Of a stretch of 64,000 nucleotides of DNA, positions 29,871-44,269 are shown in pieces. Within the stretch, counting starts at the first letter, position 1, and each line of letters opens with the position of its first letter. The notes below the pieces were generated by a model. The model had not been told where the DNA came from. It ran no database searches and saw nothing but the letters and a program-made list of their open reading frames with translations. Where the stretch lies: positions 124,001 to 188,000 of the forward strand of contig JAQGDQ010000402.1 of NCBI GenBank assembly GCA_030141605.1, in the 5' to 3' direction. Origin of the DNA: Tubiluchus corallicola (taxonomy: Eukaryota; Animalia; Priapulida). A program made the translations under genes and the position numbers.

Positions 29871-30000
29871 GGTGTTTGTAGCCGAGTGGCCTCACCTGTG
29901 CTTCGCAACCGAAGTTTAGCAGTGTCAAGGCTGCTTAGCGAATGAATGGGAGACTTCTTCACTCACTCGCTGTGGGAGGTTTTCATTTTCCGTGCGGATT
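29871..30000 (+). mobile_element. SINE-like fragment with a 5S rRNA-like segment
   Basis: gaagtttagcagtgtcaaggctgcttagcgaatgaatgggagac resembles 5S gaagctaagcagggtcgggcctggttagtacttggatgggagac; preceded by the A-box-like tagccgagtgg. Confidence 0.55.
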
Positions 30001-33000
30001 CTAGCTGTTTTTCTCGTAGAGGGCAAATGTGTATATTTACTTTGACCCAGCCTCCTCTTCAGATTTGACAGTTTTTGAAAAAGTACAATCAGCTTGCATT
30101 TTGGCACCAAGATTAACCATGTATTTTATGTTGTCCTTTTTGGACCCTTTGGGGTACCTCTTGCTGCCCCACCCCCATACGCCCAGCAGCTCCTTGTAAG
30201 ACGGGCAATTTTATGAATACAGAGCCTTGTGCTAAACATCTGGTACCCTATCTTTTGTACTTTATCATGTGTTTATTTCTCGGGCTCTTGGACTGTTAGC
30301 TTTTATCTCTTCTTCTTAACCATTTCATAATTTTGTTTAACGTTTTTGTTGGTACATCCGTTGTTGTGTTTGTGCTGCGTGAATAACTGGACCCAGCTTG
30401 CCGAATATTAAACTGTTACCAAGTTTTAATCAGAAAGTTTGTTGTCTCTGTGTATACCTTTACATTGTAAGTCAGATCGTATCAGCCAGCTTAAATACAA
30501 GTCATGTTTGAACTGCCCACTTTAAGGTTTGTACATGTCCTAGCGGCGTCCAAAATTATTTGCTTGGTCATGTTGACAGCAGCTGACCTCTCCCAAAATG
30601 TCCATTAATATGCTTTATCAGGTATGCACAAGTGGACAGTTTTGAGTTCAGTTGATTTCATATGCAGTGCTGGTGTGGCGCATGTAGGCCTACTATAATT
30701 GTGCTGAGAATTGGCATTGATTTCTCTTTGGTAGGATACTCCATCGGGCATCCTGTGCCCACTTCTCAGCTGTGCTGCAGAGAGCACGTGTTTTTGATAT
30801 CTGGAGTTTGGATGCGTAAGCTCTTTAACGGAAATCTGTATTACCTATTTTAGTTACTATTGTTTATGAATTAGTTAATAGATTATCACCGGGTTTGGTA
30901 TCTGGCGTTTTTATTGAAAACTCAAATTTCTGTATTTTACAATTTAATTAGTTACTAGTGCTTTGTTACTATAGTAAAGAGATTATCATTGGGTTTACAG
31001 AATGTTCCGTAGTTTTTTCTGCATCAATTTAAATTCATTATAATATCTTTTTTTGTATTTGACGTACATATTTTTGTAGCTAAAGTTTATTCAACCCAAC
31101 TACTTTGAAAACTAAGCCTTTCAGTTTCTATGCCACATGTACATCTACTCTTAAAGACCTACCTCAGCGGTATTCGCCTAAACTATGCACGCATTCATTA
31201 TGTAGACAAATTATTTTCTTTAAAATCCCATGATTCCACTAATCTGAGATAATCGTTAATGTATGTAAATGCTTCATTTCTGTCTTATATGTTGGCGAGT
31301 AGCAGCTTGTATATAGCGGACAACAAATGTGTAAAATATTTGCATATTGCAGGGATTCCTTGAAAGGAATAACGTGGCTAAATAAACCCACATAGCTAAA
31401 TAAAACTATCATATAAATAGTAAACAGTTTGACACGCATGACATACATAAGTAAAGAAAGCACGCAACTCAGACTACAGGTAGGCCTACGAGCCTCTTCG
31501 ACCTTAATCTTCACACTAGGTACAGTACTTCGAGGCTTAACTTGCACGAAGGATTGGCAACATGAGCTTATGTGATTTTCTTCCTACTTAGGTAAACAAA
31601 ATTACCCCGTTCTAGTGTTAGGCTTACTGCAATAGCTGTGTCAAAGGTCACTCGCATATGCATACGATGCCCGGATATGAACTTGAACCATATAAGCATC
31701 ATGCATTGCACGTTGCTATTCATATTTAATTAGAGCTATATGATGTATAATTTAACCACCTGTCTATTGATCTGATGCGGCATATATACGCATTTCATGT
31801 TCAAGCACTTATACGGGTTATTCTGTCAAGTGTTGTCATTCTCATATCGGGATGTGCAAAAACCAAGTTACGGTAAAATGTCACACTCAATGATTTAACA
31901 CTTAAAGACAGGAGGACAGACGCATACGTTTTAACACAATTGATACTGCAAAAGCATTTCTGATAATTAAATAATGGATTAAAAACTTAATTAACGGCGG
32001 GCGACCCTAACTATTGATGTCATTACAAGCTAACATAATTTTCAACAGACAGCAAAAATATTCCACGTGTTTGCGAAAGCGAAAATTGAAGTACAGTACT
32101 ACAGTACACTGAGGTGTTCAGTGTTTTGTACTAAAACTAGGAAAGTTTTCAGATAAAAATTCAAATTTCAGATTTACCGCTGTGCTCACGCATGAGCTGT
32201 CGAACGTGTGTAGTTCATCTCAAACTAACACATCTGAACTGATCTGAACAGCACCTGTTTTGGTGTACTGAGTTTCCGAAATGTAGGTGCTAATGCCCGT
32301 CTAACTAGCGAATGGCGAAATGATTGTAACAGCGAAGGACTAGTGGTGGAAACGTGAAATTGTGTTTGTGTGGTAATAGTTTTTTCACGTAAGTAATTTT
32401 TAAAAAATAGTATGTTTCCTTTCAATATTTAAAAGAGTAGATTTTTTTGACCTACACTTTAAGATTGGGTCTGGTTTTGCTTTAGCTGCATTTTTGTGAT
32501 TCGATCAGTATATTTCTGCAGCACTGCTTCTTTGTGTAATATCCCTAGACTAGCTTTACGTGGATCAGCATTAACTGTAGCTATTGTCCACTTATTTCTT
32601 GAATTTCTCTCCCCTGGCGTTCATTTTAATTTTTATGAGTTCATCTGATTTACAGTTCGTACTACCTATCGTAATTACTGTAATTAACTCATCTCAGGTG
32701 TTACGGTTGATGCACTTCAGATTGCGTAACAACCTGCAAACCGTTCAGACCTGCAAATTTATTGTTCAGGTAAAATGAATTCCCGCCTCCATGCTGTTTT
32801 TCTGACACGCTCAGTGTTTTTCTACAAACGCACCTGCATGCATGGTTTTATCAGTCGAGTACGTGCATTCTGGAACGTTTTCGATGCTTATCAATAATTT
32901 GTTGAACTCTGATGCAACGGCGTGAACTTGCTCATTGAGAAAGAGAGAAAGAACACGTGTCAGCGATAGCGTACAGCTATTGTGTATTCACTGTAAGAGA

Positions 33001-35141
33001 TGCTGTTCATTTAGTTTGAAAGGGTTTAAGATCTTGCAGTCTCGTGAAGGCTTCCCATGTCGTCTTGCATTCTCGAGTGAAATTTCCTGTGGGAGGTGCA
33101 AGTGAAGTCCGTCCAACGCTGAACATTTATTTTTCTCATTATATGTTCCAAATTAATGCCAAATGCGTGGGCGTGGCTTAAACTAAGTATTTCAACTTTA
33201 TAGTCGTATGTCGGCTCTGTTATAAAATCTGTCTTTATAAGTGCATGTTAGTAGTATGCTTTCGTCGCTTCTGCAGCACAAAATTTTCATTCTCGATGAT
33301 ATTCAATTCAATTCACACTTTTATTGCCAGACTTAAAATCCATATAAAACGTACGTATAAACTAAATAAAATGTGTGTGAGACATTAAGACTGCATTTTA
33401 AAACAAGACTAAAATTATTGAAATTACAATAAAACAGACCACACAACTACAAAAACACACATACAGCAGGCTACACTATTTACAAAATTATATACAAAAG
33501 ACAATGCGCGCGAAATTAATTGATACAATAAATTAATACATATTTTGACCCTCATTAGTATAAAGGCATTACATATATATGGCGGTGTGTGCGTCGCATA
33601 TTAACTGCAGTAAAACTCATTACACACATGAGTGGATATTCTACATTACCATTATTATCGCCATCTGCTTGATAGGAAACAATATAACGAAATGGCGCAT
33701 AATGGTTTAAGCGTATATTAAACTTGAAATTCACCTGCCTCATAATGAGTGCTTCGCCAGGAGCACATTGGATTTTATAACCCTGCATTAACATGCTGCG
33801 TGGACATATTTGGTATTAATGATTATGGTCTTATATTATACGGTGACGATATTTTAATAATTTTTGTATGTAAATCTTACAGGAGTACGGCCAGCAAAAT
33901 TGTAAGGAAAATGACTATATTTCAATTTTACTGCATGCAGCATAGTTTCACACGTGTATATAATTACTATATTGTAGATTGGTTAACACGTAAGTTGTAG
34001 AGGTGAATGCTAGCTTTGATTATCTACATACAATCATGTCTGCCTAATAGCATTCAGTTTTTCATAAATTTCGATGTATGTGCACACAATATATGGTTCG
34101 CCGTTTGATGTCACTTAAAAGAGATGTTTAGACTAGCATAATACAAGTAATTAACTTGTTGTGTAGGCGGAGCTTTTCTAAATGGATTTTTTTTAGATTT
34201 TGAACTACACTATACTTTTGCCTGGCGGCCAAAAAGAAAGGTACAATTAAAATAACGGTAAGCTGCCAGTAATCAATAACGAGCGATTTTTTTTGCAATG
34301 TAAGTTGCTATAAATTCTATAAGTTCATATGTAGCCAATTTTCAGCCGTGTTAGGAAAAATATGATGTTATGTAAAAGAGATCGCTGATATTTGGTATTT
34401 AACAGTGAAATGTTTTGTTATGCGATTAAATTTTTGGTATCATGCATAATCATAACAGCACATCCGGTAAACCATTTTAAGCTTATCCTGTATTAGGTTT
34501 AAGCACTGTTGATGTGCATTCATTGGCGAAAAGGCTCAAGCCCACACACAGGTATACCTGACAAATAAAGGCTTGTATGTCTTCGAGTATACTACAAAGC
34601 AAGGTTACAAGGTACACCATGCATGTCAACATGACATGCGAAAATCAGAACGAGATCGTGTTATGAACTTTGCATATCATGTATGAGCTACATGGCTATA
34701 ATTGGCAACACTGATTTGGCTCGTGCACAGAGAGCCATGCAAAAGTTATTTTTGTTCTTTCCTCATTCTTTACACTCTGCAGTCACTTCTTTGCTATAAA
34801 CTTTAACTGCTGCTTGATGAACTGGTTCTATAGTTGTATATGTTTTCTGCTCTATACATTTTATTCAATACGTTGTTATTCGCGTACCTTGCAAATACGT
34901 AAATACATGCACGTCTTCATTTTAGGATTAATAAAAATAAAAATATAATAGCATGTTTTACTTGTCTGGCGGCTTTTGTCACATTGCCTTAGAATATGAT
35001 ATCACTATTCTATACAGCATTTCGTATAGAATCTTCATATCATATCAGTCTTCAAAATATATAACTATAAATTGACTGACATAACAGAGATTGCTGACCT
35101 GTTAACTCTTTTATTAACTCTTTTATGTCTATTTAGTTGAT

Positions 35142-35296
35142 TAGTCACTAACCAGACTGAAAGAGAAAACTATACAGAGGTTTCTGCGGGTAAAACAGCC
35201 CTGGATATTGACCTTCCCCAGCTGTTACTAGCTTTGAGATACTACGCACTTGTCATCCGTTACTGTGAAGTAACGGAAGCCAGTCTGGCTTCGGTA

Positions 35297-35332
<36 letters not shown>

Positions 35333-35340
35333 CAGGCTAA
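35142..35340. mobile_element. Small MITE-like element with hairpins, followed by (CT)16
   Basis: agtcactaaccagactg vs cagtctggcttcggtagact imperfect inverted ends; internal palindromes tccgttac/gtaacgga and gaagccag/ctggcttc; (CT)n at 35299-35330. Confidence 0.5.
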
Positions 35341-38300
35341 TATGATCCCAGTGTATAATAATTAACTAAACCTGTCACCTGTATGTATTAGTATATATAA
35401 ATACCACCAAGGTTTTGTCTGCTCACTGGGACGGCTTGATTGCTGTTGCATGTCAGTCGTTCTAGGCGACCAAATCCCCTTTCACTAACACCCTAGTTGT
35501 ATTTACCCATCCAGCGGTGAGAAAATAACATCAATTGATACACATGGCTTCGCAGATTGGTTTCACCGTGTGGAGGCTGCTGACATGTCGCACGGAAACT
35601 GGTCTAAGTGGAAAATGTGTTGTACAGAATGTAGCTTCCATATTACAAATAAGAAGTGTCCATTGTACGTATGTGGACGCTGCCTATCACTTGATTTACG
35701 TTTGGATTGGCTTCCTTGTGAACACGTCACCTGATAGGTCAGGTTGCATATAAGGGAAAATTGATTAAATGTGTCTTCGTTTGGTATCATATTCACGAGG
35801 GTTGTTTGTCAAAGGCGTTTTTGGTCCCTTTTCGTAAGCAGGAGGTTCTTGTGGCATAAAATATCTTCTATTTAAAATAGAGATAGGATTTGGGTACGGA
35901 ACAAGGTCTATAGGTCTATCTGAGCATATTACGCAATTTATTAGTACTTTGTAAAACTAGACAATTAACATTTCTAGATTTTAGCCAGCTACTTTTTGTA
36001 CGGCAGAATAACTTGTTTACGTTTACTTAAAGACTTTCACTCCTTGTCAGGTTGTGAATTTCTTAAGTCTTTACACTTGAGTACGATCCATTATTGATTG
36101 ATAGGCGAGGAATTTTTGGCATTTTAACTTTGTGGATATGAACTACAGTTCAGCAGTATTTAACATTATTTTTATACACAGACCTCCATTTTACTGTTAA
36201 GTACGTTTGTGCCTGCCTGCAGGAATCACAATGTGGTTATCCAGTTTGTCTGGTGGTGTGACAATGCGGTCACTATTGGCATTAGGTAACTAAAAATTTG
36301 AGAAACTGAAATGCAAACTTGGTATGAAATATAGTGTCAATGTCTCATTTGCATCTGGCATGCTGAAAAATAGAGTTAGCTGCTCGTTTTCTTGCCTAAA
36401 AGGCGTGATTGCTGCTGATGGCAAAAACACAAAAGGTCTTAGTTTTAAACTTTAAGAGAGAAGGCAGAGTAGTACTGTAATCAAGATTTAAATAACTTAT
36501 ATATAAGCTTGAAACTGCAAAGTTCGTGTTATGTGATTTTTATATATTCACCAAAAACATTTTTCATCCGGGCGACAAAATCATCCTCTTGCCGGAGCAG
36601 TCTGGCAGTGATGCTCTGAAACCAATATTGAGGCAGATAACCTAGATAGAAAATAGGAGAATAATAAGAGGAGAAAACAACAGGCATGTATTTTAAAAAG
36701 CTTCATAGTGGGTGCTTCTCTTCGGTGGTAGATTAAACTAGTTAGTAGCTATACTGTAACTGGATCATTGCCAACGAGTATTAACTTTTTAGAAATTTGT
36801 AGCGACAAAAAATTGACCGGGAACAACCTGTGTTATTAATAATATTAAAAACCCAAACGACATCCAAAAAAATGATAAAAATGTGGAAGTTTTTCTCTTC
36901 ATAACATCAGTACCTCGCTTTAGCATGCCACTCACATTGCTGAACGTTAAAGTTACTTATATACGTAGTGTTTAGACAGTATTCCCTAGTAGCTTTCAAC
37001 ACACGATCATTCTCCCTGCGACTTCATTATGCATATCCATTACCTCGGCCAGAGTGCACGTGTTGTGCCTAGTTGGCTTCATTGCATCCAAGTGAACGGT
37101 TTGTAACATTTATTCATGTGGATCAAGCAAGAAATTCTTCTAGATGATAAAAGTCCCCCGGAGAAGTGTTTTGGAACTCACTTAACAGCAGCGTCAATCC
37201 GTTTTCGTGGAAAGTTAAAAAATCTCGTTTCCTTTTTATTTTTTGCGCCTGGAAAGTATAAGCGTAGCGCTTTCATACTCACGCACGTTTTTGATTAATA
37301 TACACTTGCAATCTTTTTCATCGCGTGCCAAAATGCCAGTGTTTGAATTCGTGATATTACATTGTGTATACAGTGTAGGATTTTTGTTTAATAGATAAAC
37401 GTCCATTCGTGTTCTACACCTTATTTATGGAGTTTTTGCGTGAGCCAACTGTTTAGTTACAGAGTAAAATAAAATGGTAAAAACGTACCTTGGGGAACTA
37501 GATTTCTAGTAATTTGTTCTTTGCGTGTTTTGCAGGAGTTCCCGGAATGAAAACACTGCAGTAAGGATGCCATTTTACACTTCGTCATGTTTGTAAATTT
37601 TTGTTTGTCCTATTTGGTGGCTGTACTATTTCACTGTTGTGTCCACATTTCAGCTGTGAAAAATTGCGTTATGCCTGCGTTGGCTTTTTCTTGCCATTCT
37701 TCGCCAGAGGCGTAAAAAGTTGCAGGCCAATTTTGAATAAGCGTCTATTATCTAGCGTCTTATTTTTGCTTCAGGCGTTATTTAGTAGAAAGTTTCTTGT
37801 ATTACACTAAAGTTGTTACACGATCTTGAAGGACTTTCTACGCATCAGTTTATACTGAAAAATAATATGAAGTTCATAAATTGACCGTAATCTTATATCT
37901 TATCACATTATCAGTAAATATATGAAAGTTCACGCTGCCAGGTGTCGGCTCAATAGCTTATTTCTAGGAAATATTTGTTTCAAATCTAGGCCTATATTTG
38001 TTTATTTGGAGTGTGCGCTAGACTGTTTCTTGTTTCTGACTGTAAGACTGTAAGTACTGTGAGAAAAGCTTGAAAACTTGAAATGCACCCACTTATCTAA
38101 CCTTATCTATTGTTCGTTTCGTCACTTGTCAGATTGCTGGCTATTTTTAACGAAATACTCTGTTATCGTAACACCTAAGTACGTATTTACCTGACTTTAA
38201 CCTGAGTTTGTAAATAATTATGTGTTATTGTGTAGCCTAGTACTGATGTAACTGAGCTATATAGGCTAGACTAATAAATGTAGTAATTGCTACTTCAGAA

Positions 38301-38847
38301 ATCTGCCGTGTCTTCTGGCTCTGTTTTGCGTGATGGAAATTAATGGTATATATTTGCAGTGAACCTTGCGCGTGCATATTGTGGTCAACTGGGGTCCATC
38401 ACTGCATTTATCTTTACATGCTGTCAATAATTATCAGCATCATTATTAATTACTGCATTTTGGCTCAATAGTCCTTTGTTCATGTGCGCTTGATGACAGG
38501 TGTTGGCTGTCTGCTTCAGTGTCCATTCATTTGTCACGAGACTTTAGCAAAAAAGTTCGATGTGCAGTACTGAAATTCCCATTCTTTGTGTTACTCATCT
38601 GGGCTTTACATTCAGGTTACGTTCACGTTTTGTCTATAATGTACTACAGTATAATATTTTTAACTTCTTTATGAAGTTTGTGTCCTAAACTGGTGTAAAA
38701 TTAACTGCGGCTCTGCAGGTTGATAACTTTAGAGTATTGAACTGAAACAGAACTATTGACTGATGTTTATCGCAACACGTGCTTTATTTATACATTTTCT
38801 CTTCGTAGACATATCTTTGATTCTAGCATGTAATGCAAAATTATATT

Positions 38848-38848
<1 letters not shown>

Positions 38849-38881
<33 letters not shown>

Positions 38882-38925
38882 GAATAAGAACAACAACAAC
38901 AACAACAACAACAACAGCAACAATA
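38849..38925. repeat. Compound (AAT)n(AAG)(AAC)n microsatellite
   Basis: Directly visible. Confidence 0.93.
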
Positions 38926-41792
38926 AATTTTTATTTCAAAAAGCTATTTACAGTTCCTCTATTTGCAGGGACTATTATAACAAAAACACGTCAAAACATT
39001 ATTTATTTCATTAATCTTTTAGATAGACGACTGGCGTAAGGTTATGAAAAACAATCGAAATTCGCACAATTTTCATTAATTTTACCTCATTTTAACTTAC
39101 ATCGATGTTTTACCGAAAATGACAAAAAACGTTTACTGAAATCCACAACGTTTTTATCGGCGGTCTAACTTCCTTTGCAATATTTATGAAAATTCTGCAT
39201 TCATTAATGTTCTGTTCTCTATATTTTAGTGCTCCTACTACTCACCTTTGTGGTTATTGTGTTCTTCTGTGCTTAAAGTTAAAATAAACTCTCACTATAA
39301 TATAAGCTTTTGCAACTTAAAATCCTACTCTCGTTACGAGATTCGTTACTCGCCTTGTGATTTGACACTAGCTGTTTAGCCGCGAAGCATTAATATGACT
39401 TCCGCTTTTGCATTTATTAAAAGCTGATTGAGTAAAATATTGTCAGCTGAGTCTGTCTCTACCCTGGGCAGCTTTTCGCTTATTGAATTACTAATGGAAA
39501 TATATGACGGCGCTTTGTTAAAAATTGCTCCAGTGTAATTCACCTGCTCAGGTGTTTATAATTTATGTTTAAATTGTTGTTGATAATATGTACGTGACGC
39601 TATGTCACATTGTTACAGTCAGCATATTAGTAAAGTGTTGACAGTGATGGTGACATTAAATGTCGTTTGTGTCGTCAGTGTTTTGTGGCATTAGTGTCCG
39701 ACGCACGTATCTAAATATTTTGCGACCCATAGGCCTACTAGAGGCGAATTTTTCGGCAAATTGTAAATTTGTGCAAATTTTTGCAAGTTTTCTGAAATAG
39801 TTGAACGAGTCTCAGTCGAGTGTTTTCATTCCATTAGAGCCATTTGAGTCGCTAGTGTAATGATACTTTAGGCAAACAGTAAACGTTTTGTCTGTTTGTT
39901 TGTTCTGTGAATACCTGAGCTTGCTTGAGTGACGTACAACCCAGGTACGTATGGAAGCTACCTGTTTGAGATGAGCGTACTCTGACAGTGCGCGTAATGT
40001 TCATCTTCTTCGTAAGTGGCTTGACATAAATCGAGGTTTAATAACTGTGTATATTTTTGTTATCCTTTGTTGCAAAATAACTGCATAAGCTGTTGTTAGA
40101 TGTCATGTAATTATTACATCATCAAACCTGAATTTATCAACTTTGGTAACGAAAGGTTAGATATAGGGCGCCAGAAGAATCAGTACATGTGGGCGAAGCT
40201 GTTTTATGTTATAAGTGGAGAAAATTGCATGAAATATTGGTACATGTTTGCAAAAAATAGTAGTACCATCAGAAAATACAAAATACTCAAGCTTTGTATG
40301 TATGTACATTGGTAAATTCTTGTATTCATCGTAATATACTTTGTACTCAATGATGTCATATGATAAGATTGCCAACTATCTTACACATGTTTTTCCCTAT
40401 ATTTACATTATAGCTTGTGCATGCCCAGTAAATATCGTTCTTATAGCGTATCGCTCGCTTAGTAATCTGTGACAGAATTGTACCTTTTATATTTTGCAAA
40501 CTTAGATCCGGCACTCAGTGACAGGTCCACTCATGTATGTCTTGTGGCAGGACGGGCACCTAGTTAGTTATCAACATTCACATTACTTATGCGAACAAAC
40601 GACGCAATTACTTAATACTTATCACAACAAAAGTTTGTAAACATTTTAAGCAGTTGCCAAATGAGTGAACGTGTTCAATTGTTCATGTCGTAACATGTTG
40701 TTTAGTTTTAATATGGGAGATTAGATTAGATTAGATTAGATTATTTCCGCTTAAATTCAAAGTATAAAACATCTTAATTCATAATATTCAAAAGCAATGA
40801 ATGTTGTGGGGAGATGGGAGGAGCCTAACTTTCGAGCCCTTCTCCCTAGTGTGGAGGGGCTACACGTATCGTTAATAACATTAACACAATCAAAGGATTA
40901 TATATAAAAAGCATACAAGTAACAAAATCAATTATTCGTGCGAAAATAGATCTTTACAGTGACTTCAGCCTAGTAGTTACGAAAGACAAGACATCATAGT
41001 CAAAACAGACATTAACAGTAACTTCAGTATAGTATTGTTGATAGACGATTTCATTTATGAGCTTTTGTTTCACGGCGTATTTGCCGGGGGGATGTGAACG
41101 CAGCTTTAATCACGACATTTTTTATTTAATTAAATCATTTTCAGTTTACGACTCGCGCAGTTGTCAAATTTAATCTGCTCCGTACACCAGTAAATTCTAT
41201 AGATACGTTCCAGTAGCACTGATTACGCAATTAAGCCCCACTAGAGAGATTTGACTCTTGCCTTCAGATTAACGCATCTCTCCGAAACAGTTTAATGAAT
41301 AAATTTTCAACACGCCACTCGTAAAATTGGACGCAGGAAATTTGACAAAAAACATTTGATGTATAAAACGCTTGGCGGAACGGAGGAAATTTCACGGTTG
41401 TGTGTCATATACCTGGTGGGTGGTGTGCTCAAAGGCACCGAAACAGGTTGAAACTCTCGAATTGATCTTCCGCCCGTGTCCGAGAAATATTTCATGTATG
41501 TATATGTACGTTTTATTTATCCGCGAGGCTGCAAAAATGTTATTGACTTTGAGCTGGTATGCCACTTTTACGGTTCTCTCATAAGCATCTCATGCGTTAA
41601 ATCATTTTGTTCGGTAGTCTAATAATACTCTATCTTGAAAAGTGAATTTTTTCTTTTGTAGGGCAATTCTGGCACCATTGTACAGCTGATTGCTTCGTTT
41701 TCTTCGCAGTTATAATGAATACATCTAGGACTTGACAGAGATCAGCTCCAACGTGAGGATATATAGATAAACATTAAGTTGCTGAAGCCACA

Positions 41793-42008
41793 ATGTGCTG
41801 GTTACTGAAGATGTTATTGACAATGTTGGTGATTGTCACCGCGCTTTGGACATCAGTGACATGTGCGCATGTGCAGAGGAATCACGTGACGCTAGATAGC
41901 AGTATTAGTGTCCTATGGGGCGTTCCTGATGCGACCGCCAGTGTGGGCAAAGTTTTCCGATATAAAATACCCGAAGATGCTTTCAAGGGTCACGTTTCGA
42001 AAATAGAG
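41793..42008 (+). CDS. DAG1: Dystroglycan coding exon 1: signal peptide and start of the N-terminal cadherin/Ig-like domain
   Basis: ATG in gccacaATG context; hydrophobic signal MCWLLKMLLTMLVIVTALWTSVTCA; VPDATASVGKVFRYKIPEDAF resembles vertebrate VPDGTAVVGRSFRVTIP; upstream acceptor tttttcttttgtag puts the exon start at 41662; phase-0 donor GAG|gtataa at 42009. Confidence 0.93.
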
Positions 42009-42189
42009 GTATAAATATTTATTTTTTAAATTGAAGAGTTTTTAAAAAGTAGCAAATGGCATGAGAAAGTGTTTTCTTCTGCCACTGCCAGTGCGTTTCT
42101 TTGGGTCAGATTAGCTGAAGTTCTCTACGTGCTTCTGTTCATCATCAAATATTCCTGAATCTCGACAGTGTCAACAAAATTATTGTAAG

Positions 42190-42451
42190 CTACATGTAGT
42201 TCTACAACTTTCCAAACCAGAACGCTTGGTTTTTTTTCTTTTAATGTCCAGAGCTGGAGCAATATTAATCCCAAATCCCGGGATCGTGGGTCGACAGTGG
42301 TGTCAAAATGCATCACGTTAACATGAACATTGCATGTATTCCTACAACTTCCCAAACCAAAAGGCTTGGTTTTTTTAATATCCGGAACTGGAGCAATATT
42401 AATCCCAAATTCCAGGATCGGGGTCAACTGTGTCAAAATGCATCACATTAA
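42190..42451. repeat. Two-copy tandem repeat, unit about 140 bp
   Basis: ctacaactt.ccaaacca...ctggagcaatattaatcccaaat...tgtcaaaatgcatcac.ttaa occurs twice. Confidence 0.9.
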
Positions 42452-42990
42452 AGGAAAACCGGACGATTGATTAAACTTAATCACATTTTAGTTTACTATC
42501 TAAAATATACATTTTGTTGTTTGTAAAAGTTAGCAGTTGTTTCTTATATTCGAATAATTTGCTTTGAAAGTTAAATAACGGCAACCGAACACAGGTATTG
42601 CTTATGTCAGAAACTAACCACAGTTTGTGCAATGGTAGGCATCTTCCCTTGCGTGTCAAGCACGTTTGTGTAAGTGTTACTGTTTAACCGTGTGATGTCA
42701 CGAAAATGGGCTCTACGTCATATGATGCAAGAAACTAACATTGCAGTTGGTGATCATGGTTATCACAGTACCGCCTTCTATTTGTCGGCCACGCGAATGT
42801 GACAAAATGGCGCCGTTGCCAATCCTAGTAGATTCACTGAGCCGCGCATAACGAAAATTTAATGAAATTTGAGTATCCGAGGTAACTGTTATTTAACCTA
42901 AGCTTTGGTTTAACTAAGGAATTGTGGTTTTCAATATTTTAGAGCATTCTTTATTCTTAACTAACGTTTACACAATCATCCGGTTTTCCT
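42452..42990. mobile_element. Kolobok-type non-autonomous DNA transposon, 539 bp, TTAA target-site duplication
   Basis: TTAA|aggaaaaccggacgattg ... caatcatccggttttcct|TTAA; RR...YY termini with a TTAA TSD fit Kolobok. Confidence 0.85.
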
Positions 42991-44269
42991 TTAACATAAA
43001 CGTTGGGTAACGTTCATTATTTAGTGGCTGTTCATTGTTTATAGAGGCCATTCATTATGGTTATAGGCGTAGAATGCAAATTGTTCATGTAGTCAAATAA
43101 CATTAAATGGTAGTCAATTAACATTAAAAGCCTAAACGGAATTTCACTAACCATGTAGTATTTTATCTTATGGACCTATGTGATAAAAATTATGGGAGAT
43201 TTTCATAAGATTGTAAAAAATCGAACATTGGTAGGTAATTTAGTAAAATATTTGAAAAATTATTTTTAACGTATAATTAACTAGACTATAGTTAGTTTCT
43301 AGGACGATGAAATCTATGATAGTTACACTGTAAATTGTTGCAGGAGATGTAAGAAACTTCCCTTGCAGAAAAATCGATATGCCCTTATGTACTATCAAAT
43401 CAAATTGACCCTAACTGCTACGATTTGTTTTTATTACTCGGACCCAGTATCTTTGTTGCTTTTTCTGTTACATAATTTGATGAAAGATAGCAAATCAGCT
43501 TGCTGGTCCAATGTTTTCAGAAATTTTATCTGTCAGTTTTATTGCCGGCGTCTTTTTCTTTTTTTATCTATTTTTTACGACCGCGTTAAACACACAGAAC
43601 TTACACATCATTCGGGAAGAGAGACGGTCCTCAATGACGGTGATCACATTTAACTACTGGTGCTCACTGCTCAGTGAAGGGGTTGAGACTGTAGCAGGGT
43701 AAATATTTCCCCACTGCGCCTTTGTGTTTTACTGGCGGTTTTATGACGCCTGTGAAAAGAAAAAACTCCTTATAAATATTTATTTTCAGTCTTACGATAC
43801 GTGTACCACTGATGCGGGATTCCTAGGTGATGGGGTTAAACTCAGAGTTCAGGAAATTGATGTTTGTCTTGTAGCGGGAAGGCGGGTCGAGTCGGCTGTG
43901 ATAGTTTACTAAGGGAACTAAAAGTGTTTGCTAAGAAATTACTTCTTTTTATTCAAAATTCGTATATGCTTTAAGATTAACGGGCATAAAACGGTATTAA
44001 ATGAAGCATTACTCATTACTGAACAATAACCTTTGTTTATATATTATACAAAACTGGACATTGGACATCAATCAATTAAGATAATATTTTAGCAATTGTG
44101 CTAAAATTATCCTCAAATATGAGGGAGATTTAATAGACCGAGTTTTTGTATTCGCCATGAAGTTCACAGCTGGTATGTAGAAGTGTGTTGTACGCTCTTT
44201 CACCTGTCTAAAAAACGGACATTAAACTTCTGAGTGCTAATTGATATAGATTTGATTGTATAAGCATTT

